The notes beneath the pieces were generated by a model. The model made no database searches. It had not been told where the DNA came from and was given only the letters and a program-made list of their open reading frames with translations. The translations under genes were made by a program, and so were the position numbers. A stretch of DNA of 64,000 nt from an uncultured Clostridium sp. Its GTDB lineage: Bacteria; Bacillota; Clostridia; TANB77; CAG-508. Below, one piece after another: positions 1-7,240 of the stretch. The stretch lies in the NCBI GenBank assembly GCA_900551615.1, contig URWN01000004.1:10494-74493 (forward strand), written 5' to 3'. Positions within the stretch are counted from its first letter, which is position 1, and every line of letters starts with the position of its first letter.

Positions 1-303
1 TCGCGAACTGCGACCTCTGAATGAAGTGAGAAAGGAATGAAATTTTATATGAACGATAAGACTTTTAAAAGCTATTTGAACTACTCTAATTTTTTGAGTA
101 GTTCGATTTTCATTTAATTCCCCTGTTTTGAAAATGTTTTGTAAATGATATGTAATATTATTTTCTGCTACATTAAATAATTTAGCCATTGATTTTTGAG
201 TTAACCAGAAATCTTCTTCATTATATAAAACTTCTACTGATATATTTTCATTATTTTGACTTTGGTAAATAATTAAATCTTTTAAATTTTCTATATTATT
301 CAA
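1..303 (-). CDS. RhuM-family-like protein, N-terminal part (runs off window start; distal part diverges from the family)
   Basis: Hand translation from TTG at 303 gives NNIENLKDLIIYQSQNNENISVEVLYNEEDFWLTQKSMAKLFNVAENNITYHLQNIFKTGELNEN. This matches the RhuM pattern (IIYQ..G...V.....TVWLTQ..MA.LF......I..H..NIF..GEL). After about 75 aa the similarity is lost. The RBS is weak. Confidence 0.4.
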   Translation of the reverse strand, partial: MNNIENLKDLIIYQSQNNENISVEVLYNEEDFWLTQKSMAKLFNVAENNITYHLQNIFKTGELNENRTTQKIRVVQIAFKSLIVHIKFHSFLTSFRGRSSR

Positions 304-501
304 CTTTGGTCACAACCTTTGTTTTTGTATCTAAACTTTTGTTTGTATTTTATATTATATTACACAACTTGTCAATAGGTTATAACTAGATATTCCAACA
401 TTAATCTGATTTTTTTGTATTATTAACTAACGCTTTATTTTTGTACATTGTGGTTTTCCACATTTTCTTACAGTATGTTCCATTTTGGAACCTCAAGTTT
501 C

Positions 502-3500
502 TTACTCACTTATCCCATCAAAAATTTTCTTAATCTCATCATTATAATAAATAGCTCCGCAAGGTCTAATATCTTCACCAATTTTAACTTGAACATTCAT
601 ATTATTCTTATCTCCTGAAAAGTATTTAATGGCACATCTTAATTTTTCTTTTTGTTCTTCTGTAAAATCAGTAATATCAAAAGTTACAACCTTCGGCTTT
701 TCTTCGCCTAAGTCTTTAATTTCATTTGCTATTATAGTTGGTTCTTGTTCCTCTCTAATGCTTAAGCGTCCATCAACTACTACAATGTTTTCTTCTACCA
801 AACTTCTTCCCGCTCCTATAACTGCATTTTCAAATGCAATTATTTCAACAGTTCCATATAAATCTTCTATTGTAATAAATGCCATTATTTTATTATTTTT
901 TGTGTATTTCTTTTTTATCGATGTTATAATTCCCGCAAATTTCACTTTCTGTCCATCTACAAATTTAGGTTTAGTATTTTTTATTTGTGCATTTGACATT
1001 TCTATACTGCCTTCTGCATTATTTTCAGTATTATTTGCTAAATTTTGTTCACTTATTTGTATCAAATCTATACTGCTAATATTTGTTGAATGCATAATTT
1101 GCTCTCTTAATTTTTCAAGTGGATGTCCTGAAATATAAATTCCAAGCATTTCTTTTTCCATTGAAAATAACTCTTTTTCTGGCAATTCTGGATGTTCTTC
1201 AAATTGATATTTTTGTTTTTCCATTTCTTCTTTTTCTTGTTCTGTTCCTATATCAAACATTGATACTTGTCCATTAAATCCTTTTTTCTTTCCACTTTGA
1301 ATTGTGTCCATTATTGTTTCAAATGATGCTAATAGTGTTGCTCTTGTTTGTTCAAATTCGTCAAATACTCCTGCTTTTATTAGACTTTCTACACATTTTT
1401 TGTTTACTTGTGTTTCTGCTATTCTTTCACAAAAATCTGTAAAGCTTTTGTATTCTCCATTTTCTTTTCTTTCTGCTACTATGTTTTCTACTGGTACTGT
1501 TCCTACATTTTTTATTGCTCCAAGTCCAAAACGAATTTTGCCAACCGCTTCTGATTTATTAACCTCTACTGTGAATTTTTCAAAGCTTTTGTTTATGTCT
1601 GGCTTTAGTATTTGGATTCCAAGTCTTTTACACTCATCAATATATTGAGGTGCTTTGTCCAAATTTCCTAAATAACTATTTAAAGTTGCTGCCATAAATT
1701 CTGCTGGATAATATGCTTTTAAATATGCTGTTCTGTATGATACAACTGCATAACATGCTGCATGTGATTTGTTAAATGCATATTTTGCGAACTCTGCCAT
1801 TTCGTCAAATATTTTATTTGCAGAAACTTCGTCTATTCCATTTCTTACACATCCTGGTACAACTACGTTTCCATCTTCGTCAACTTGACCATGTATAAAT
1901 ACTTCTCTTTCTTTTGCCATTACATCAAGTTTTTTCTTACCCATTGCTCTACGTACCAAGTCAGCTCTTCCTAGTGAGTATCCTGCTAAATCTCTAACTA
2001 TTTGCATAACTTGCTCTTGGTAAACCATACATCCATATGTTACATTTAATATTGGTTCAAGACTTGGATGTGTATATTCATTGTGTCCTGGATTTTGTTT
2101 TCCTCTGATGTATCTTGGTATTTGATCCATAGGCCCTGGTCTATATAAAGAAACTCCTGCTATCAAATCTTCCAAACAGTCTGGTTTTAGTTCTTTCATA
2201 AAGTTTGTCATGCCTTGTGATTCAAATTGGAATATTCCTGATGTGTTTCCTTCTTGCCATAATTTATATACTTTTGGATCTGACATATCATGGTCAAATT
2301 CCACATCTATTCCATGATTTTCTTTTACCATATCTATTGTGTTTTGGATTACTGTTAAGTTTCGTAATCCTAAAAAGTCCATTTTTAAAAGTCCTAATTC
2401 TTCAAGTGTTGTCATTATGTATTGGGTGTTTATTTGGCCATCTCTTACATAAAGTGGTACATATGTATCTACTGGGTCTTTTGTTATAACAACTCCACAT
2501 GCGTGTGTTGATGCCTGTCTTGGCATTCCTTCTAGCCCCATTGCTATGTCCAATATTTTCTTTGTTTGTTCGTCTGTTTCATATCTGTCTCTTAATTCTT
2601 TATTTTGTTCTAATGCTTTTTTTATTGTTATATGAATTTCATTTGGTATCATTTTAGCTAAAGTGTCTGCTTCTGAATATGGATAGTCTAAAACTCTTGC
2701 TACATCTCTTATTACCATTTTGGCTGCCATTGTTCCAAATGTTATTATTTGTGATACGTGGTCATGTCCGTATTTTCTTGCGACATAGTCTATAACCTCT
2801 TGTCTTCTTTCATCTGAAAAGTCAACATCAAAATCGGGCATACTTATTCTTTCTGGATTCAAGAATCTTTCAAATAGCAATCCATATTTTATTGGGTCAA
2901 TATCTGTTATTTCAATTGCATATGCCAAAATAGAACCTGCACCAGAACCTCTTCCTGGGCCTACTGGTATTCCATTTGTTTTTGCATAGTGTATAAAGTC
3001 CCATACTATTAGGTAATAATCAACATATCCCATTTTTTTGATTATTCCTAATTCATATTCTGCTCTTTTTTGTATTTCTTCTGATAGATTTTTTCCGTAT
3101 CTTTTTTCTAGTCCTTTGTCACATAATTCTTTTAAAAAGTCATAATGTGTTGGATATTCTGGTGGTACATCATAATTTGGCAATATTGTGTGTCCAAATT
3201 CAAATTCTACATTACATTCTTCTGCAATTTTTACTGTGTTTTCAATTGCATCTGGAAATGCTTTGAAATATTCTGACATCTCTTCTGGTGATTTTACATA
3301 TAACTCATCTGTGTCAAATTTCATTCTGTCTTCATCACTCATTCTTTTTCCAGTTTGAATACATAACAATACTTCGTGGTTATATGCATCTTCTCTTTTT
3401 AAATAATGTGCATCGTTTGTTGCAACTAGTGGAATATCAAGTTTTCTTGCTAATTGAACCAACTTTTGATTTGCTAAAACTTGTTCTCTTATTCCATTGT

Positions 3501-4026
3501 TTTGAATTTCTATGTAATAATCATCTCCAAAAACTTTTTTATGCCATAAAGCAATTTCTTCTGCTTTTTCATTTTGTCCACTTAATAAAGCTTGGTTTAC
3601 CTCTCCTGCTAGACATGCACTCAAACATATTAAACCTTCATGATATTGCTCTAATATTTCTCTGTCTATACGTGGCTTATAATAATATCCATCTACAAAG
3701 CTTAAAGATACCAATTTACTTAAGTTTTTGTATCCTTCATTATTTTTGGCAAGTAAAATCAAGTGATAGTAATGGTTGTCTATTCCAGGCTCTTTTTGCA
3801 ATCTTGAACGTGGTGCAACATATACCTCACATCCTATTATTGGCTTTACACCTTCTTTTTTACATGCTTTATAAAAATCAATAGCTCCAAACATTACTCC
3901 ATGGTCTGTTATCGCTATTGAATCCATTCCTAATTCTTTTGCTCTTACTGGCAAATCTTTTATTCTGTTTGCTCCGTCTAATAGACTGAATTCACTATGT
4001 ATATGTAAGTGTACAAATTTTGACAT
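502..4026 (-). CDS. dnaE: DNA polymerase III alpha subunit (DnaE type)
   Basis: 1174 aa. N-terminal PHP domain HLHIHSEFSLLDGA, pol III alpha core and C-terminal OB region. RBS GGAGAGAAAT lies upstream of the ATG. Confidence 0.95.
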   Translation of the reverse strand: MSKFVHLHIHSEFSLLDGANRIKDLPVRAKELGMDSIAITDHGVMFGAIDFYKACKKEGVKPIIGCEVYVAPRSRLQKEPGIDNHYYHLILLAKNNEGYKNLSKLVSLSFVDGYYYKPRIDREILEQYHEGLICLSACLAGEVNQALLSGQNEKAEEIALWHKKVFGDDYYIEIQNNGIREQVLANQKLVQLARKLDIPLVATNDAHYLKREDAYNHEVLLCIQTGKRMSDEDRMKFDTDELYVKSPEEMSEYFKAFPDAIENTVKIAEECNVEFEFGHTILPNYDVPPEYPTHYDFLKELCDKGLEKRYGKNLSEEIQKRAEYELGIIKKMGYVDYYLIVWDFIHYAKTNGIPVGPGRGSGAGSILAYAIEITDIDPIKYGLLFERFLNPERISMPDFDVDFSDERRQEVIDYVARKYGHDHVSQIITFGTMAAKMVIRDVARVLDYPYSEADTLAKMIPNEIHITIKKALEQNKELRDRYETDEQTKKILDIAMGLEGMPRQASTHACGVVITKDPVDTYVPLYVRDGQINTQYIMTTLEELGLLKMDFLGLRNLTVIQNTIDMVKENHGIDVEFDHDMSDPKVYKLWQEGNTSGIFQFESQGMTNFMKELKPDCLEDLIAGVSLYRPGPMDQIPRYIRGKQNPGHNEYTHPSLEPILNVTYGCMVYQEQVMQIVRDLAGYSLGRADLVRRAMGKKKLDVMAKEREVFIHGQVDEDGNVVVPGCVRNGIDEVSANKIFDEMAEFAKYAFNKSHAACYAVVSYRTAYLKAYYPAEFMAATLNSYLGNLDKAPQYIDECKRLGIQILKPDINKSFEKFTVEVNKSEAVGKIRFGLGAIKNVGTVPVENIVAERKENGEYKSFTDFCERIAETQVNKKCVESLIKAGVFDEFEQTRATLLASFETIMDTIQSGKKKGFNGQVSMFDIGTEQEKEEMEKQKYQFEEHPELPEKELFSMEKEMLGIYISGHPLEKLREQIMHSTNISSIDLIQISEQNLANNTENNAEGSIEMSNAQIKNTKPKFVDGQKVKFAGIITSIKKKYTKNNKIMAFITIEDLYGTVEIIAFENAVIGAGRSLVEENIVVVDGRLSIREEQEPTIIANEIKDLGEEKPKVVTFDITDFTEEQKEKLRCAIKYFSGDKNNMNVQVKIGEDIRPCGAIYYNDEIKKIFDGISE

Positions 4027-4047
4027 TTTTATTTATTTCTCTCCTTT

Positions 4048-4086
4048 TGTCCAAAAGTGTCCAAAAGGGACGGTTCTTTTTGGACA
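4048..4086. repeat. Palindromic intergenic element: half copy plus a full 29-nt unit, GGGACGG core
   Basis: tgtccaaaag + tgtccaaaagggacggttctttttggaca. The 29-mer differs at one position from the copy at 54222-54250. It sits directly upstream of the dnaE RBS. Confidence 0.85.
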
Positions 4087-4129
4087 TTCTTTTTTGTATT
4101 ATATTATCATTTTATATTAAAGTCAATAG

Positions 4130-4170
4130 AGCAAAAAAAGAAAACTAGTGCCGTACAAAACGGCACTAGT
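4130..4170 (-). terminator. Rho-independent terminator of the 208-aa orphan ORF
   Basis: Perfect 11-bp stem actagtgccgt/acggcactagt (4144-4154 and 4160-4170) with a 5-nt loop. On the minus strand it is followed by TTTTCTTTTTTT. Confidence 0.75.
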
Positions 4171-4177
4171 TCCCTTT

Positions 4178-4804
4178 TTACTTACACATACTTTTTAATG
4201 TCTTCCAAATATTATTTAATTTGGATATATGCAACCATGCCATATCTTCTTCCAAAAGACTTACATAATAAATTCCAACCTCCTCTGATTTATCATCCCA
4301 GTCAATATAAATCTCTTGAATGTATGGAGTTAAGCTTAGAAGTTTCTTCTCTATATCATTATTCAATGGATCATATCGGGCTAGTTGCTCAAAAGTTGTT
4401 TTTACATCTTTCCTTTCCAAATATTTGCCTTCGTCTTTCTGGTTTTTCCATGATAATCTCATTTGACTTGGAATTTTACTTTCTTTTTCCTTTGCCTTTT
4501 GGATTACTGTGCTTAGCATGTTACAGATTTCCGGTCCATACTGGTCTGCAGCCTGTTCTTTCACATCTCCGCCTTCTAGAGTATATTGTAGCATATACGG
4601 CTTATTCTCTATTAGCGGTAGAAAATTAATTACTTTTGCCTCACTTATTATTAAGTTTAAGTCAATTTCCTCCTGTTTCAGTTTTTCCATTGCTCCAGCT
4701 GGCAATTTTTTTGAAAGTTCATTCATAGCATTTTTTGCTTTCCGCCTATCCAGCATATAGCAAATAGCCATTTCCTCTTCAAAAATAACTAGTTTGTTGT
4801 CCAT
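4178..4804 (-). CDS. Hypothetical protein (208 aa), GC-richer orphan
   Basis: ATG preceded by AAAGGAGGAAT, with its own terminator. Composition is visibly GC-richer than the flanks and an in-frame CGG is used. No motif recognised. Confidence 0.7.
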   Translation of the reverse strand: MDNKLVIFEEEMAICYMLDRRKAKNAMNELSKKLPAGAMEKLKQEEIDLNLIISEAKVINFLPLIENKPYMLQYTLEGGDVKEQAADQYGPEICNMLSTVIQKAKEKESKIPSQMRLSWKNQKDEGKYLERKDVKTTFEQLARYDPLNNDIEKKLLSLTPYIQEIYIDWDDKSEEVGIYYVSLLEEDMAWLHISKLNNIWKTLKSMCK

Positions 4805-4946
4805 GTGTGTAATTCCTCCTTTTAATAATTTATTTCGGAGGTTATTAAAAATTACCCTCCGAAATTGTTTCGAAAGGCACTTTTACCTTTAACATTAGAA
4901 TTATATCATATCTAAACCAATTTTTCAAATTTTATTTACAGGTTTT

Positions 4947-5153
4947 CTATAACTTTAACAACAAAATTATCTTTTCCCTTAGCTCTAATTTATTTAGAGC
5001 TATTGTAAGTGCGTCAAATAATATTTCCAACATTTCTTGTTCGTTAGTATCGTCTGCATTTACTCTCTTATCAGCTAAGATATCTTCTATTTTTAACTCC
5101 TTTCCGTTTTGATCTATTGAAATAACTTCTGATAGATATTGGTCTTTACTGCT
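4947..5153 (-). pseudogene. Sigma-70-family sigma factor fragment (region 3 to start of region 4), no start codon and no region 4.2 HTH
   Basis: The open frame after the sleB stop reads SSKDQYLSEVISIDQNGKELKIEDILADKRVNADDTNEQEMLEILFDALTIALNKLELREKIILLLKL*. It is collinear with the S.D...G.E....D.L........L..L..REK.I..LRFGL part of sporulation-type sigma factors. It stops where LRFG and the HTH should follow. Confidence 0.4.
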
Positions 5154-5198
5154 TTTATTAATCCTATGGTACCTTATTTTATAATATATAAATATTTT

Positions 5199-5906
5199 TT
5201 ATTTACAAAATCTATGTTTTCCAATTGTTACAGTCATAGGTCTTGACCAAATCCATTTATTAGTTGCAGTTGATGGGTTAAAATAATAAATTGCTCCATA
5301 ACTTGGATCCCAGCCATTCATTGCATCTTGTGCTGCTTTTCTTGCTGTTGAATCTGGTGTTAAATTAACTTGTCCATCTTTTACTGCATCAAAAGCTCCT
5401 GATTGATATACTACTCCTGATAGAGTATTTGGAAATGAACTACTTTTTATTCTATTCATTACTACAGCGCCTACTGCTACTTGTCCTGTATATGGCTCTC
5501 CTCTTGATTCACCATAAATTACTCTTGATAATAAATTTAAATTACTATTATAACTAGATGATGAACTGCTTGAACTTGAAGATGTCATTATTCCCATTGC
5601 TTTTAATGTTGCTGGTCCTGCAATTCCATCTGCTGTTAGCCCATTTTTTCTTTGAAAGTATTTGACAGCATTTACTGTTTGCGTTCCGTAAATTCCGTCT
5701 ATATTACCTGAATAATATCCCCATCTTTTTAATTTTGTCTGTATCTGAGTTACTTCGCTTCCTCTTGATCCATATTTTGATAACGTTTCTACGGTTGCAT
5801 TTTGTTGTTTATTTTTATAGATTATTATCCCTGTTGTTATTAATGATATTACAAGTAGTATACTTGCTATTATAGCTATAACTATATGTTTTTTATTTTT
5901 TAACAT
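5199..5906 (-). CDS. sleB: Spore cortex-lytic enzyme SleB family (PG-binding domain plus Hydrolase_2 domain)
   Basis: PG_binding_1 motif GSRGSEVTQIQTKLKRWGYYSGNIDGIYGTQT, a poly-Ser linker, then SRVIYGESRGEPYTGQVAVGAVVMNRI. Start moved to the ATG at 5906, which has RBS AGGTGG. The ORF-track start at 5942 has none. Confidence 0.85.
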   Translation of the reverse strand: MLKNKKHIVIAIIASILLVISLITTGIIIYKNKQQNATVETLSKYGSRGSEVTQIQTKLKRWGYYSGNIDGIYGTQTVNAVKYFQRKNGLTADGIAGPATLKAMGIMTSSSSSSSSSSYNSNLNLLSRVIYGESRGEPYTGQVAVGAVVMNRIKSSSFPNTLSGVVYQSGAFDAVKDGQVNLTPDSTARKAAQDAMNGWDPSYGAIYYFNPSTATNKWIWSRPMTVTIGKHRFCK

Positions 5907-6066
5907 AAAAAAACCACCTATCAATAAAAATATTTTTCTCAATTGTCAAATTTTCTTTAATGTTAGTATTATTTTTATCAATATTTGGTTTTATTATACA
6001 TTTTACTTATATTTTTTGTATCTATAAAATCTGATGCTGTCTGCATAAAATTTTGTTTTCACAAAA

Positions 6067-7089
6067 TTATGAGCAATATCTACATAATGTTGTTTCTATT
6101 CCTACTTGTAAGTCAATTTTCCCATTTTTAAAATTGTAGTCTAAATCGCATAAATCTTGTAATATATTTCTTAAGTCTTTTTCATTAAAATATTTTGATT
6201 GTACTTTATACTTTGTTGTTAAAAACATTTGATTTTGCTTTAAATTCAAACTAATAGCTAAATCTTTGTTAGTATTTATTGCCATTTTTGTTATATATAA
6301 TTTTTTGAAATGATTATATAATGTAACTAAAATTTTTGCTAAAGGTTCTTTTGCATATATTAAATTTTGTAAAACTTGTAATGCTCCTGTTATGTCTTTT
6401 TTTCCTAAATCATCTGTTAAATCAAATATTACACTTTCTAATTTTTTTATAGATAACTTGTCTATATCTTCTTTTTTTATTGTTCCATTTTCTCCTGCAT
6501 ATTCAATTAGTTTTCTAATTTCATTTATTAAATCTTGCATATTTGTCCCACAACATTCAATAAAATATCTTATTGTTTGAGAATCTATATTTACTTTATA
6601 AGCATTGCAAATCGCCTTTATTCTTTGTTCTATTTGATTTGGTTTTTGAAAATCAAATTTACATACAATTCCATTTTTTTCTATAGCTGTATATAAAGTT
6701 GATTTGCTATCTGCTTCATCTTCAACAAATACTAATACTACGGATTCATTTATTATTTTTATATTTTCTTCTATGTATTTTGCTAATTTTTCTTTTAGTT
6801 TAGCAGTGTCCCCAGATTTCTTTTTTCCTTCTTTTTTGAATAATCCTGTGTTTCTTGCAATTATTAATTTTTTTTCATATCCAAAACTTGGTGTTTCTAT
6901 GTCTGAAATTATTTCTGGCACATTTTGTTCATCTATCATTATAAAGTTTATGCCTTTAACGCATTCACCAAATAGTGTTTTTATCTTTTTTAGGTTGGTT
7001 TCTAGTAAATATAACTCTTCACCATATAAAAGATATAGTGATTGGAGTTGACCTGATTTTAGTTCTTTTTCTAAATTTTCTATTGTCAT
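6067..7089 (-). CDS. holA: DNA polymerase III delta subunit
   Basis: Length and pattern (LYLLYGEE.YL; C-terminal helical domain) fit HolA. Start set to the ATG at 7089 (MTIENLEK) with RBS GAGAGGAGAAAAGC. The 44-aa upstream extension in the ORF track is a translation of the repeat element. Confidence 0.8.
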   Translation of the reverse strand: MTIENLEKELKSGQLQSLYLLYGEELYLLETNLKKIKTLFGECVKGINFIMIDEQNVPEIISDIETPSFGYEKKLIIARNTGLFKKEGKKKSGDTAKLKEKLAKYIEENIKIINESVVLVFVEDEADSKSTLYTAIEKNGIVCKFDFQKPNQIEQRIKAICNAYKVNIDSQTIRYFIECCGTNMQDLINEIRKLIEYAGENGTIKKEDIDKLSIKKLESVIFDLTDDLGKKDITGALQVLQNLIYAKEPLAKILVTLYNHFKKLYITKMAINTNKDLAISLNLKQNQMFLTTKYKVQSKYFNEKDLRNILQDLCDLDYNFKNGKIDLQVGIETTLCRYCS

Positions 7090-7120
7090 TGCTTTTCTCC
7101 TCTCATTAGGTTCATGTCGA

Positions 7121-7240
7121 TGGGGCCAAATGGGACGTTTCTGATGGGACAAAAATGTCCTTTTGGGGACAGATGTTTTAAATTTTTTAACCTCGGTTCT
7201 TTTTGGACAAAAATGTCCCATCAGAAACGTCCCAACTGGC
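7121..7240. repeat. Composite palindromic element: perfect 21-bp inverted repeat enclosing smaller hairpins of the GGGAC family
   Basis: tgggacgtttctgatgggaca (7131-7151) is the exact reverse complement of tgtcccatcagaaacgtccca (7214-7234). Inside are tgtccttttggggaca (7156-7171) and cggttctttttggaca (7194-7209). Confidence 0.9.

Noticed and set aside
1-45. GC-rich first ~40 nt (tcgcgaactgcgacctctgaatg...), considered as a possible tRNA 3' half or island attachment site next to the RhuM-like fragment.
   Set aside because: The putative T-loop (TTCGCGA) is non-canonical. The only stem I could draw encloses a 12-nt loop rather than a 7-nt anticodon loop. The sequence is cut by the window edge, so this cannot be supported.
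629-3884. Long plus-strand ORFs inside dnaE (629-1138, 1304-1648, 2205-2489, 3288-3884). Similar antisense ORFs occur throughout the window, for example 8769-9104, 14082-14627, 25082-26482, 26768-27568, 30155-30718, 45896-47038, 54634-55129 and 61753-62043.
   Set aside because: All are antisense to well-supported minus-strand genes. Their products are low-complexity Leu/Phe/Ser/Ile-rich sequences, they lack an RBS, and they are what an AT-rich coding strand's complement would be expected to produce.
4048-4067. Direct repeat GTCCAAA-AGT-GTCCAAA considered as a CtsR operator (consensus GGTCAAA-NAN-GGTCAAA).
   Set aside because: The heptad differs from consensus (GTCCAAA versus GGTCAAA). The equivalent copy at 54211 has 4-nt spacing. 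The downstream genes (dnaE, era) are not heat-shock genes. It is better explained as part of the repeat family.
4057-4629. 190-aa plus-strand ORF starting MSKRDGSFWTFFF.
   Set aside because: Its start lies inside the palindromic repeat, and most of it is antisense to the better-supported 4178-4804 gene, which has an RBS and a terminator.
7090-7221. N-terminal extensions in the ORF track for holA (to 7221), truB (to 23080), galE (to 16554), the GT4 gene (to 55811), the HAD gene (to 50925), sleB (to 5942) and the pilin-FGE gene (to 34368).
   Set aside because: In each case an internal ATG with a clear Shine-Dalgarno sequence matches the family's usual N-terminus. The extensions translate repeat elements or overlap the upstream gene.
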